Shown here piece by piece: positions 45,550-55,176 of a DNA stretch of 64,000 bases (position 1 is the first letter of the stretch; each line of letters begins with the position of its first letter). Origin of the DNA: a virus; IMG/VR virus record IMGVR_UViG_2917159879_000004; one strand, 5' to 3'. A program made the translations under genes and the position numbers. The notes below the pieces were generated by a model. That model ran no database searches. It saw nothing but the letters and a program-made list of their open reading frames with translations, and had not been told where the DNA came from.

Positions 45550-45888
45550 TCATCCCGCTTTCTTACCAGTGCGACGCGCGAACGCATCGCTCGTCGCCTT
45601 GAGTGCGGCCTGAGCGTCGGGCGGGCTATGCCGGTAGTTGTCCAGCAGGATGCGCTCGTCAGGTGCTAGCTCAGCGGGACCAGGCTGCGCTCCTCCTCCG
45701 GTCAGAATCCAGCCAGGATCAGCCCCGAAACAGCTATGCAACGTTAGAAGTGATGCTCCGTCAGGCAGCGCCTCATTGCTTTCCCAGCGCGCAACAGTTT
45801 TGCGATTCACCCCAAGGCGCTCCGCAAACTCCCCCACGCCTAGTCCACCGCGTATTTGTCGGATCCGATCCCCGATGCTCTGAGGCAT
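45550..45888 (-). CDS. Prophage repressor (XRE HTH)
   Basis: IGDRIRQIR...FAERLGVNRKTVARWE..ALPD...WILTG; divergent from the early operon. Confidence 0.88.
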   Translation of the reverse strand: MPQSIGDRIRQIRGGLGVGEFAERLGVNRKTVARWESNEALPDGASLLTLHSCFGADPGWILTGGGAQPGPAELAPDERILLDNYRHSPPDAQAALKATSDAFARRTGKKAG

Positions 45889-45889
45889 A

Positions 45890-45929
45890 AAAGTCCCTTG
45901 ACTATGGGACTTTGATGTCCCAATATCAA
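45890..45929. promoter_or_regulatory. Overlapping divergent promoters and operators (lysis/lysogeny switch)
   Basis: + strand TTGACT-17-CAATAT; - strand TTGATA-17-CATAGT; palindromes AAAGTCCC-N8-GGGACTTT and TGGGAC-N6-GTCCCA. Confidence 0.72.
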
Positions 45930-45994
45930 TTCACACCAAAGCACTGCACATGCATTGGTTTATTAGCAATCTTTCAGCAGATAGGAACCCCGTC

Positions 45995-46225
45995 ATGAAC
46001 GTCCCGTATCCGCCCCCCACTCGCACGCCGTACACCGGCGAGCGCGTTAAGGAACTCTTCCGCGCCGCCGGTATAACGATCTCGGCCTGGGCCGAGGCCA
46101 ACGGCTATCCCCGTCACCAGGTGTACATGGTCATCAACGGCCAGTTCAAAGGCCGCCGCGGCACCTCCCATGAAATCGCTCTGAAGCTCGGCATGAAGCT
46201 CTCCGTCGAGCAACTCGCCGCCTGA
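45995..46225 (+). CDS. Ner/Cro-like DNA-binding protein (BcepMu gp16-like)
   Basis: GITISAWAEANGY...VING..KGRRGTSHEIALKLGMK. Confidence 0.82.
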   Translation: MNVPYPPPTRTPYTGERVKELFRAAGITISAWAEANGYPRHQVYMVINGQFKGRRGTSHEIALKLGMKLSVEQLAA

Positions 46226-46238
46226 GAGGAGTACAGCC

Positions 46239-46730
46239 ATGCCTCGCTTTCAGCCGCCGGTCGAGCACATCGACCTGACTCCCGCTCCGATGGACACCTG
46301 GCGCGCCGCGCTCGATGCTCTGATCGCCTGCGCCCCTGGTGATACTTCGGACATCGCCTGGCACCTGGCCGATGCTCACCAGAGCAGCCTCCTGTTGGTG
46401 GACCGGACCGTAGCATCGCCAGGCGCCGAGCGCCTGATCGATCGCCTGATGCTCATCAGCGCAGGTCGGCTGCTCAACCATCGCATGGGCCGCGAAGAGG
46501 CCCACCAGATCAGCTTCCGCCTGCTTGAGCACGCTCGGCAACATACCGCAGCACACCGGCCAGATCCCGATGCGGCATCTGCCATGTCTCGCCCGACTGC
46601 GCGTCAGCCAGCGTCTCCAGGTCACAGGCAAGACCTTGCAGGTCGAGGCCGTGATCAATTGCCAGACGACGTGCCAGGGCAACAAACGCCGAGCGCATCG
46701 ACGCATCAAGAACCAGGTGATCGGGGGTAG
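46239..46730 (+). CDS. Hypothetical early protein
   Basis: GAGGAG RBS; low-complexity C-terminus overlaps an antisense gene. Confidence 0.65.
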   Translation: MPRFQPPVEHIDLTPAPMDTWRAALDALIACAPGDTSDIAWHLADAHQSSLLLVDRTVASPGAERLIDRLMLISAGRLLNHRMGREEAHQISFRLLEHARQHTAAHRPDPDAASAMSRPTARQPASPGHRQDLAGRGRDQLPDDVPGQQTPSASTHQEPGDRG

Positions 46731-46734
46731 TCAT
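46510..46734 (-). CDS. Small antisense protein (74 aa) inside the early operon
   Basis: GGAGAG RBS; TACATT -10-like element upstream; amphipathic helical sequence. Confidence 0.55.
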   Translation of the reverse strand: MTTPDHLVLDASMRSAFVALARRLAIDHGLDLQGLACDLETLADAQSGETWQMPHRDLAGVLRYVAERAQAGGS

Positions 46735-46857
46735 GTCTGTCTCTCCGACGAGGGTGAATGTACCCCATCAGGCTGGCGTTGTCGCAATGGCTTTGCCAAT
46801 GGTGAAAACAGCTATTTGTTTGGACGACGGCTACTGGGGCTTCTGGAGCACCATCCA

Positions 46858-47346
46858 ATGAAGCGCCGGAATTGGAAACACTGGGTGCCGCGCTCGCCAG
46901 CCGACGCGCTGGACGGCTGTGCGCAGTTGGCCATGCAACGCTACAACCGAGGCATCGAACGCCTGGCCTGTGATCACCTGGGCCAGAACAACCACAGCTC
47001 TCTCTATAAGTGGATCGGCAACGGACGCCTGCCACTGAGCCTGATCCTTCCGCTGGAGCACGCCTGCGGCCTGCCGCTGATCACCCGCTACCTGGCCGCC
47101 GCTCACGGCAAGCTCCTGGTCGACATCCCGATTGGCAAGGCCTGCAACGCCAGCGACCTGCAGCAACTGCAGGTCGTGCTGCACAACGCTACTGGCGCGC
47201 TGATGGCCTTCTACGACGGCAAGCAATCCGCCGAACAGACCTTGGACGCCATCCGCGCTGGCCTTGAATCCCTCGCCTGGCACCACGGCAACGTCGCCCA
47301 GGCAGAAACCCCTCAACTGGACTTTGGAGTGACTGACGATGAGTGA
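46858..47346 (+). CDS. CII-like regulatory protein
   Basis: HTH-like IERLA...SLYKWIGNGRLP followed by a helical domain. Confidence 0.6.
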   Translation: MKRRNWKHWVPRSPADALDGCAQLAMQRYNRGIERLACDHLGQNNHSSLYKWIGNGRLPLSLILPLEHACGLPLITRYLAAAHGKLLVDIPIGKACNASDLQQLQVVLHNATGALMAFYDGKQSAEQTLDAIRAGLESLAWHHGNVAQAETPQLDFGVTDDE

Positions 47347-47599
47347 GGTCATCAACCTGCAGGCGCTACTGCGCCGCTTGGACGAGCACGCCTACGACCA
47401 GCTCTGCGCAGAAGTCGCGCGCCTCGCCGAAGAAAACGAACTCCTGCGCACCGAGTTGACCCGCATGGAGGAATGCGCCGAAGGGTGGTGCAACGAGGCC
47501 CAGCGTCTCCACCAGCAACTGGCGGAGGCCACCGGTGGCCAGGCCGCTATCACCCAATCCGGCGCACTGGTCGTCATCCCGATGGAGCGCTGCGCATGA
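47339..47599 (+). CDS. Hypothetical coiled-coil protein
   Basis: Overlap-coupled within the early operon. Confidence 0.7.
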   Translation: MSEVINLQALLRRLDEHAYDQLCAEVARLAEENELLRTELTRMEECAEGWCNEAQRLHQQLAEATGGQAAITQSGALVVIPMERCA

Positions 47600-47910
47600 G
47601 TGCTGAAAAGTACCGCTCCGAGCAGGTTCAGCGCGCTCTTCGGATCATGTTGGCCCTGGGGGCCAATGAGTTTCGAGGACTGCTGCTGAAGGAGGTGGCG
47701 GTCGCCGCCGAGTGCGACGCCAGCGCTGCCCTGCGCGCCCTGGAGAACCTGCGCATCGCCGGTATAGCCGACCGCAGCCCGCATGACGACAAGCGCTGGC
47801 TGCTCGGACCGCGCCTGATCCAGTTGGCCTTTGGCTTCGACGAAGCCCTGCGCCGCAGCCAGGACGAACTCAACGAGCGTCGCCAACGCTACACCCGTCT
47901 CCCGAACTAA
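47596..47910 (+). CDS. IclR-like winged-HTH protein
   Basis: VQRALRIMLAL...LKEVAVA...ALRALENL...WLLGPRL. Confidence 0.75.
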   Translation: MSAEKYRSEQVQRALRIMLALGANEFRGLLLKEVAVAAECDASAALRALENLRIAGIADRSPHDDKRWLLGPRLIQLAFGFDEALRRSQDELNERRQRYTRLPN

Positions 47911-47919
47911 GGAAATCCC

Positions 47920-48894
47920 ATGGCCCGTAAAGCATCCCCCGTGAACGTGGAACCCATACCTGAAGTCAACCAGCAGGCGTACCAGGCCGAGGCAGGCGCG
48001 CTGACCATGCTGGGCGACATTGCCCAGGGCATGCATGAGGAGCGCGACCTGGTCAACCAACTGCTCGGCCAAGCGCAGATGGCAGATTCATTTGCCAAAT
48101 TTTCGAAGACGGTCTTCATTTCCAAGCTCGCATTCGTCAAGGAAAACAAGCTCTACCGGGCTATCCAGGGAAAGCGCAGTGAAGACGGTCTTCAGTTCTC
48201 AGGAACCTGGGACGAGTTTTGTAACCTGCTTGGCTGGGCCCCCCAGCATGCCAACGAGGCCATAGCCAATCTACGGCAGTTCGGCGAAGAAGCCCTGGAA
48301 TCCATGTCCCGCATGGGCATCGGCTACCGCGAGCTGCGTCAGTGGCGAAAGCTGCCCGATGACGCCCGTAGCGCCCTGATCGAAGCGGCCAAGCAGGGAA
48401 ACAAGGACGCCGTCGAGTACCTGGCCGAGGAACTGATCGCCACCCACACCAAGGAAAAGGCTGCCCTGGAGAAGCAGGTAGAGGATCTACGGGCGGACAA
48501 CGAAGCCCTGGGCGAGCGCATGGCGCGCAAGTCCCGCGAGCTGGACGAAACCGTCCACGAACTGGAAAAGACCAAGCGGCGCATCCAAACCATGAAGGCG
48601 GATGAGGCCGAGAAAGAGCTTCGCCAGGAAGCAACGGCGATCGCCTTCGAAGCCGAGGCCGACATCAGCGGCAAGCTGCGCGAAGCCTTCTCCGTCATGC
48701 TCGACCACGCCGAAAAGACCGGTACCGACCCCCGCACCTTCCAGGCCGGTCTGGTGCGCCACCTCGAAAAACTGCTCCTGCAGATTCGCGAAGAGTTCCA
48801 GTTGCCCGACGGCGAAGCCCCCGATGACATCAGCGAATTCGGCTGGATCGAGCAAATGGGCAAGTCCCAGCCTGCAGGCGTGGCTGAGGACTGA
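47920..48894 (+). CDS. Conserved protein upstream of the transposase (HTH plus coiled coil)
   Basis: 324 aa; AAGGA RBS; GTWDEFC..LG and MGIGYRELRQ motifs. Confidence 0.75.
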   Translation: MARKASPVNVEPIPEVNQQAYQAEAGALTMLGDIAQGMHEERDLVNQLLGQAQMADSFAKFSKTVFISKLAFVKENKLYRAIQGKRSEDGLQFSGTWDEFCNLLGWAPQHANEAIANLRQFGEEALESMSRMGIGYRELRQWRKLPDDARSALIEAAKQGNKDAVEYLAEELIATHTKEKAALEKQVEDLRADNEALGERMARKSRELDETVHELEKTKRRIQTMKADEAEKELRQEATAIAFEAEADISGKLREAFSVMLDHAEKTGTDPRTFQAGLVRHLEKLLLQIREEFQLPDGEAPDDISEFGWIEQMGKSQPAGVAED

Positions 48895-48897
48895 GCC

Positions 48898-50682
48898 ATG
48901 AGCGCCGTCATTACTCAAGCCCTGGTCGATCTGGAGCGCGCCCTTCGCGCCGCCCCACGCGGGCAGCGCGTAGAGATTGCCCAGTCGACGGCCCAGCGGC
49001 TCGACATGTCACTCGCCACGCTTTACCGCAAGCTGAGGGAGGTCACCGCAGACAGCAAGCCCCGCAAACGCCGGAGTGACGCCGGCACCAGTGCCCTGAG
49101 CCGGGAAGATGCCCTGACCATCAGTAGCGCGCTGATGGAGAGTGCGCGCCGCAACGAAAAGCGCCTGTATAGCCTGGAGGATGCGGTGGAAGCGCTACGG
49201 GCCAGCAAGATGATCCGGGCGGACGTCATTGACGAAGACACGGGCGAGATTCGGCCGCTGTCCATCAGCGCGATATCCAGGGCTCTCTACAGCTTCGGGG
49301 TTCATCCCCAGCAATTGCTGCAGCCTGCTCCGGTAACGGAGCTGGGCAGTTGCCACCCCAACCACGTTTGGCAGATCGATGCCTCGCTGTGTGTTCTTTA
49401 TTACCTCAAGCCCGGCGCCGACGAGCACGGTAACGGCCTGCGCGTCATGGAGCATGACCAGTTCTACAAGAACAAGCCGAAGAACGTGGCCCGCATCGCC
49501 TCCAACCGGGTCTGGTCGTACGAGATCACCGAGCACGCCAGTGGCTGGATTTACCTGAAGTACGTCATGGGGGCCGAGAGCGGCGAGAACCTGTGTGATG
49601 TGCTGATCGACGCCATGCAGCAACGCGCCGGCAACGACATTCTGCACGGCGTGCCGAAGATTCTGATGATGGACCCAGGTTCTGCCAACACCTCGGCCAT
49701 GGCCAGGAACCTTTGCCGTGCGCTGCGCATCCGCGTCATCGTTCACAAGCCCGGTGCCGCGCGGGTGACTGGCCAGGTGGAGAACGCCCGGAACCTCATC
49801 GAGCGCAAGTTCGAGGCGGGACTGCGCTTCCAGCCTGTCGCCAATCTGGACGAACTGAACGCTGCCGCCAAGACCTGGCGCGCGTGGTTCAACGCCGCGA
49901 AGAAGCACTCCCGCCATGGGATGACCCGCTCGGAGGCCTGGATGCGCATCCGTGAGCACCAGTTGGTGAAAGCGCCCAGCGTCGAAGTATGCCGCCAGTT
50001 GGCAATCGCCGAGCCGGAGAGCCGCAAGGTCACCAGCAAGCTGCGCGTCAGCTTCCAGGGAACTGAATACGACGTCTCGGTCGTACCTGGCGTGATGATC
50101 GGCGAGAAGCTGATGATCACCCGCAACCCCTGGCAAAGCGATGCCGCCCAGGCGATCACTTTCGACCAGGACGGCCATGAAGTCTTCCACGTCATTCCGA
50201 GGATCGAGGAAGACGAGTTCGGCTTCGACGTGCGGGCACCCATGATTGGCGAGGACTTCCGGCAGCATGCGGAGACGCCTGCGCAGAAAGCCCGCAAGGA
50301 AGCGGCCCGGCTGGCCATGGGCGTCGATACCGATGCCGAAGAGCAGGCCGCACGCAAGGCCAAGGCCATTCCGTTCGGCGGGAGGCTGAAGCCCTACCAG
50401 CATATCGAAGACGCTCAGTTGCCGACCTTCATGCCACGCAAGGGCAGCGAGCTGCAGCTCGACGTGACACTGCCCACCGTCGAGAGCAAGCCACTGAGTC
50501 ACCCGGCAGCCGCCAAGATCCTCCGGGCACGCCTGGATGGCGTCTGGAGTCCCGAGTCGATGCTCTGGCTCAAGTCCAACTACCCCGACGGGGTGCTGGA
50601 GGACCAGCTCGATAGCATCGTCGAGCAGTTGCAGGCGGCGCCCAGCCGGCCCGCGCTGCGCGTTGTGGGAGGTAACTCGTAA
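48898..50682 (+). CDS. DDE transposase (B3/BcepMu type)
   Basis: RKRRSDAG; catalytic WQIDAS, LMMDPGS, GQVE; N-terminal HTH. Confidence 0.92.
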   Translation: MSAVITQALVDLERALRAAPRGQRVEIAQSTAQRLDMSLATLYRKLREVTADSKPRKRRSDAGTSALSREDALTISSALMESARRNEKRLYSLEDAVEALRASKMIRADVIDEDTGEIRPLSISAISRALYSFGVHPQQLLQPAPVTELGSCHPNHVWQIDASLCVLYYLKPGADEHGNGLRVMEHDQFYKNKPKNVARIASNRVWSYEITEHASGWIYLKYVMGAESGENLCDVLIDAMQQRAGNDILHGVPKILMMDPGSANTSAMARNLCRALRIRVIVHKPGAARVTGQVENARNLIERKFEAGLRFQPVANLDELNAAAKTWRAWFNAAKKHSRHGMTRSEAWMRIREHQLVKAPSVEVCRQLAIAEPESRKVTSKLRVSFQGTEYDVSVVPGVMIGEKLMITRNPWQSDAAQAITFDQDGHEVFHVIPRIEEDEFGFDVRAPMIGEDFRQHAETPAQKARKEAARLAMGVDTDAEEQAARKAKAIPFGGRLKPYQHIEDAQLPTFMPRKGSELQLDVTLPTVESKPLSHPAAAKILRARLDGVWSPESMLWLKSNYPDGVLEDQLDSIVEQLQAAPSRPALRVVGGNS

Positions 50683-51848
50683 TGCTGAAGCTCAAGGAAG
50701 TCCTGGCCAGCCTCGGCAAGCCGCAGACCGATCTGGCCCGTGCGGTCGATCTCAGTCCGGCGGCGATCGCTCAACTGATCAACCACAGCCAGTGGCCCAA
50801 ATCGCTGGACCAGCAGCAACTGGCCTGGCGGATCACCGAATACCTGATGGCTCAGGGCGCGCAGTTCGACACCGTGCGCCAGGCCTTCGACGAAGTGGGG
50901 CCCCGGCGCGCCAACGCCGGGGCCCCTGCAACCCCCGAAGACGCTCAAGAAAACGAGGAGTGCGAACCCATGCTAATGCGCAAACAGGTATTGCTGCCAG
51001 CCACGAAGAAGGCTTTCGACATCCGCCGAGATCCCTTCGACGAGTTGCAGAGTGCTGACGACATCTTCATCAACGCTGATATCCGCTATGTCCGCGAGGC
51101 GATGCACCAGGTCGCCATGCACGATGGTTTTCTGGCGGTGATCGGGGAGTCCGGGGCGGGCAAGTCCACCTTGCGCCGAGATCTGGAGCATCGACTGGAA
51201 GGCACCCCAGTGACGGTCATTCAGCCGTACGTGCTGGGGATGGAAGACAACGACACCAAGGGCAAGCCCCTCAAGAGCGAGCATATCGCCGAGGCCATCC
51301 TGGCGGAGATCGCGCCAGACCAAACGCCGCGGAACAGCTCGCAGGCCCGCTGGGCGCAACTGCACAAGGCTCTGAGGGCCAGCCACACCGCAGGCTCGCG
51401 CCACCTGCTGATCATCGAGGAGGCACACAGCCTATCGACCCCGACGATCAAGCACCTCAAGCGCTACCGCGAACTCGAACTGGGCTACACGAAGCTGGTG
51501 TCGATCATCCTGATCGGTCAGCCCGAACTGCTCATCAAGTTGTCGCCGCGCAACGGCGAAGTCCGAGAGGTGGCCCAGCGCATCGAGATCGTCGAGTTGC
51601 CGCCGCTCACGGTCGGCGGGCTGGAACAGCACCTGGCGTTTCGTTTCGAGCGGGTTGGCAAGCCACTGAGCGATGTGATCGATGCATCCGGCCTGCAGGC
51701 CATCATCGAGAGGCTGGGGGGCGTCAAGGAAAACAAGCCCAGCCTGCTCTATCCCCTGGCCATCGGCAACCTGGTGAAGGCCGCTATGAACTATGCCGCG
51801 CTCGTCGGCGAGCCGCGCGTCACTGCTGACGTGGTTCGGGAGGCCTGA
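50682..51848 (+). CDS. Transposition AAA+ ATPase (MuB analogue, ExeA-like) with N-terminal HTH
   Basis: Walker A GESGAGKST, Walker B LIIEEAH, ILIGQPEL. Confidence 0.9.
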   Translation: MLKLKEVLASLGKPQTDLARAVDLSPAAIAQLINHSQWPKSLDQQQLAWRITEYLMAQGAQFDTVRQAFDEVGPRRANAGAPATPEDAQENEECEPMLMRKQVLLPATKKAFDIRRDPFDELQSADDIFINADIRYVREAMHQVAMHDGFLAVIGESGAGKSTLRRDLEHRLEGTPVTVIQPYVLGMEDNDTKGKPLKSEHIAEAILAEIAPDQTPRNSSQARWAQLHKALRASHTAGSRHLLIIEEAHSLSTPTIKHLKRYRELELGYTKLVSIILIGQPELLIKLSPRNGEVREVAQRIEIVELPPLTVGGLEQHLAFRFERVGKPLSDVIDASGLQAIIERLGGVKENKPSLLYPLAIGNLVKAAMNYAALVGEPRVTADVVREA

Positions 51849-51849
51849 C

Positions 51850-52191
51850 ATGAACGTCGTACCGATCACTGGCCGCCTCCCTGAAGAGCAGCCGAAAGCT
51901 ACCCATCTGCCGCTCTGCACAGTACTGACGCCAGAGCTGGCCCGCTGCCTGGAAGCAGTCAACAGCGCCACCCGCGCCTTGCGCCAGGCCGGCATTCCGA
52001 TTGAGCAGACGTCGTTACTCGATCGCCGCCTGTTCATCCGCGAAGAGGATTCGCTGCGGCTGCACCGCCGCTTCCGCAACGCCATCCGTGGCATTCGCCA
52101 GACCACTCGCGGGATGGTCACCATCCATGTCGTCAGCCTGCTCGGTGTTGACGTGGCCTGGACGACCCCGGTGAAGGAGCAAGACCAATGA
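51850..52191 (+). CDS. Hypothetical early protein
   Basis: GGAGG RBS; operon coupling. Confidence 0.7.
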   Translation: MNVVPITGRLPEEQPKATHLPLCTVLTPELARCLEAVNSATRALRQAGIPIEQTSLLDRRLFIREEDSLRLHRRFRNAIRGIRQTTRGMVTIHVVSLLGVDVAWTTPVKEQDQ

Positions 52192-52472
52192 CCGTCATCA
52201 CCCATGCCTACACCCCGCTGATGGACGTTGATTCCATGAGCGAAGAGGACTGCCGCCTGGCCCTGAAGGATGTTCTGCAGGATGGCTTCGCGAAGGACCA
52301 GCAACTGGTTGAGCTGAAGACTGGCATCCACAAGCTGGACAGAATGCTGGTCAAGCTCATCGACCTCTTCATCGCCGGGGACTTCTCCAAGCTGCATGCG
52401 GAGCTGCAGAGCATGGCGGCCTACCTCCAGGAGCAGCGTGCCGCCCAGAAGTCGGCAAGGAAGGTGCACTGA
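52188..52472 (+). CDS. Hypothetical early protein
   Basis: AAGGAG RBS; ATGA overlap. Confidence 0.7.
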   Translation: MTVITHAYTPLMDVDSMSEEDCRLALKDVLQDGFAKDQQLVELKTGIHKLDRMLVKLIDLFIAGDFSKLHAELQSMAAYLQEQRAAQKSARKVH

Positions 52473-53152
52473 TGGACAGCAAACTTTCCGCTTCTATGGC
52501 GGCGCTGCGCAAGGTCGTAAAGAGCCCTCATCCGGCGATGTTCTGGCAGGAGACCATGGGGCACGTCGCTGTGGTCCTGGATCACCTGCAGGAACTGATC
52601 AGTGATGGCAGCACCGCTCCAGCCATCGAGGTTCAACCCGGCGATCACTCGGAACTTCGCCGCATTGCTGTCGCGCTCAAGAACCCACTGCTGAACGGTC
52701 AAGAGGCCTCGGACCTGATGGTCCGCTACGAGGCTCTGACCATGCCCGATCACATCATCGCGATGATCGATGGGCTGCCTCAGCGCGTTCTGGATAAGCA
52801 ATGCCGCGACGACGTGGCGCGTGCGCTGGGGTTGTGTCCGAACCAAGAGCGCGGTTTCGCATGGTCCTACCTGCTGACATCGATCAAGTCGTGCGTGAAA
52901 GCGTCCGAGGATACCTGCCGGGCTCAGCACAGTGTGCCGCCGGGGTGGAAGCTGGTGCCGATTGAGCCGACCCCGGAAATGCTGGACGCACGCCGCGACT
53001 GCGAGGACGGAATGGACGGCTATCTCGTTGAGGATACCGAGTACTACTTCCCGGATCGAGGTGCGGTTCGCGACTTCCTGGCATGTGTCTATCACGGCAT
53101 GCTCGCTGCCGCGCCAGCGCCCTCGAAGAGGAGCGCTGACGATGAGCGTTGA
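52472..53152 (+). CDS. Modular accessory protein with PPGWKLVPIEPTPEML motif
   Basis: TGATG coupling; motif typical of Ea22/DUF551-like mosaic phage proteins. Confidence 0.7.
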   Translation: MDSKLSASMAALRKVVKSPHPAMFWQETMGHVAVVLDHLQELISDGSTAPAIEVQPGDHSELRRIAVALKNPLLNGQEASDLMVRYEALTMPDHIIAMIDGLPQRVLDKQCRDDVARALGLCPNQERGFAWSYLLTSIKSCVKASEDTCRAQHSVPPGWKLVPIEPTPEMLDARRDCEDGMDGYLVEDTEYYFPDRGAVRDFLACVYHGMLAAAPAPSKRSADDER

Positions 53153-53675
53153 AGCGTACATCCGCGGCATGGCGGCCCGTGGATTCAGCCGCTCGGCCGC
53201 CGCAGCGGCACTCGGGATGCACTGGGTCAAGTTCATGGACCTGCTCGAACGCATGCCAGATATCGAGTGGGGCTATCCCTACAAGTCCTTTGACCGCCGC
53301 AGGCATGCCAAGAACCTGAAGGGGTACCGGTTCCGGGATAGCGAAGGACGCCGACGGTCGGTGGCGGCCTTGCGGGCTGTCAATCAGGCGAGACGGCATG
53401 AGTACACCGTCTTCGGCGTCACCGACAGCTTGAGCAACCTGGTGAAGCGCTTCGGTTGTGTCGCCAAAAGCACTGTGCAGAAGCGCTTGGCCAAGGGCAT
53501 GTCCATCGAGCAGGCGCTTACGACGCCTCGCTCTGACCATCTTTCTGGCTTGAAGCGTAAGCCAGAGAGTCATCCCTGGAAGCGGGCTGAGCGGCGAGGA
53601 GTGATCAACCATCGTGAACGCCAACTCAAGGCGAAACGGGATCAACGTCAAGCGGAGGAACGCTTGCATGGCTGA
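53142..53675 (+). CDS. Basic putative DNA-binding protein
   Basis: GAGGAG RBS; two HTH-like segments (SRSAAAAALGM; STVQKRLAKGMSIEQALTTP). Confidence 0.65.
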   Translation: MSVEAYIRGMAARGFSRSAAAAALGMHWVKFMDLLERMPDIEWGYPYKSFDRRRHAKNLKGYRFRDSEGRRRSVAALRAVNQARRHEYTVFGVTDSLSNLVKRFGCVAKSTVQKRLAKGMSIEQALTTPRSDHLSGLKRKPESHPWKRAERRGVINHRERQLKAKRDQRQAEERLHG

Positions 53676-53868
53676 TGTTCTGGAAATCGACTGCCCCGCG
53701 TGCAGCACGCCATACCCCGAAATCACCGCAGGCTCTGCAGCTCATGACCCGAGCCTGATCGAGCTGGTGATCACCTGCAGCAACTGCGGACACATCCTGA
53801 ATGCGTTCGTCTCCCTGGCTGAGATGAGCGTTGTACCGAATCCCGAAGAGGAAACCTCCCATGGCTGA
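53668..53868 (+). CDS. Small zinc-ribbon protein
   Basis: CPAC...CSNC; GGAGG RBS. Confidence 0.7.
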   Translation: MADVLEIDCPACSTPYPEITAGSAAHDPSLIELVITCSNCGHILNAFVSLAEMSVVPNPEEETSHG

Positions 53869-54484
53869 ACAAACAGTGCATGTTCCCGCCGGGTACCGCA
53901 TGGACGCCAAGGGGCGCCTGGTACCTGAAAAAATGATCAAGCCCATCGACCTGGAGCGCGACCACCTCGTGCAGGAGATCGTCGCCAAGGGGAAAGCCCT
54001 CAGCAAGGCGTTGCTGGATTTCAAACTGGCAACATTCGGCGATATCGAAGCCTTCATCACGCTGTCGGCCGAGCAGTACCAGGCGAAGGTAGGTGGCAAG
54101 AAGGGCAACGTGTCTTTGGTCAGCTTAGACGGGCGCTACAAGGTCATTCGTGCCATGGCCGACAACATCGCCTTCGACGAGCGCCTGCAGGCGGCCAAGG
54201 CGTTGATCGACGAGTGCCTCCACGAATGGACGGAAGGTGCTCGCGCGGAGGTCATCACGCTGATCAACGATGCGTTCCGCGTGGACCAAGCAGGGAACAT
54301 CCGTACCGGCAGTGTGCTTGCCCTGCGCCGCCTGCAGATCGATGACGAACGTTGGCAGCGTGCAATGCAGGCCATCGGCGAGGCTGTCCAGGTCGTGAGC
54401 ACCAAGGCGTACGTGCGTATCCAGGAGCGGGTCGGGGACACCGACCAGTACCGCTCCATTCCTCTTGATATCGCAGGGGTGTGA
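53861..54484 (+). CDS. DUF3164-family protein
   Basis: GYRMDAKGRLVP, GGKKGNV, FDERLQAAKALIDEC motifs. Confidence 0.85.
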   Translation: MAEQTVHVPAGYRMDAKGRLVPEKMIKPIDLERDHLVQEIVAKGKALSKALLDFKLATFGDIEAFITLSAEQYQAKVGGKKGNVSLVSLDGRYKVIRAMADNIAFDERLQAAKALIDECLHEWTEGARAEVITLINDAFRVDQAGNIRTGSVLALRRLQIDDERWQRAMQAIGEAVQVVSTKAYVRIQERVGDTDQYRSIPLDIAGV

Positions 54485-54485
54485 C

Positions 54486-55175
54486 ATGGACCAGGACCGT
54501 ATCCTCGACAAGATCAAGAAGTGCCTGGAAATGGCGAAGGGACGGGGCTCCAACCCGAACGAGGCCGAGATCGCGCTGCGTCATGCCCACAAACTGATGG
54601 AAGCATACAATCTGGAGATGGGAGACGTGCTGGCCAGCATGGCTGGCGAAGCCAGGGTTCCCGCCGGCTCGGATGGAAAACCGCCGGCCTGGCGGGTGCG
54701 CCTCGCTCAAGTGTGCTGCCATGCCTTCGGCACGCACCTGATCATCTGCACCTCCTATTTCGAAAGCGCTTCGTTCCTGTTCGTCGGCTGCGCGGCGGCG
54801 CCGGAGCTGACCGGCTATGCCTACCAGGTGCTGGAGCGACAGCTGCAGAAGGCGCGCAAGGACTTCCTGAGCACGCAGAAACGCTGCAAGCGGTCCACCA
54901 AGGTAGCCCGTGGAGATGCCTTCGCGCATGGATGGATCGAGGCCGTGTACGCCAAGGTCGACCAGTTCGCAGGCGTCGACGACAACATCGCCGACGCGAT
55001 CCAGGCGTACATGGCGAAGCACCACGCTGACGTCGGCAAGTTCGAGATGAAGCGCCGCAAGCTCAAGGCACGTGACGAAGTGGCCAGTGAAGCGGGGTAT
55101 GCCGCGGGCAAGCGCGCGCGGCTGCACCAGGGGATCGGGCACCAGGCCGTGGCTCGGCTTACTCAGGGGGTGTGA
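54486..55175 (+). CDS. DUF2786-family protein
   Basis: ILDKIKKCL...NPNEAEIALRHAHKLMEAYNL. Confidence 0.82.
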   Translation: MDQDRILDKIKKCLEMAKGRGSNPNEAEIALRHAHKLMEAYNLEMGDVLASMAGEARVPAGSDGKPPAWRVRLAQVCCHAFGTHLIICTSYFESASFLFVGCAAAPELTGYAYQVLERQLQKARKDFLSTQKRCKRSTKVARGDAFAHGWIEAVYAKVDQFAGVDDNIADAIQAYMAKHHADVGKFEMKRRKLKARDEVASEAGYAAGKRARLHQGIGHQAVARLTQGV

Positions 55176-55176
55176 G

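Noticed and set aside
49195..50502. 435-aa minus-strand ORF
   Set aside because: Antisense shadow of the transposase.
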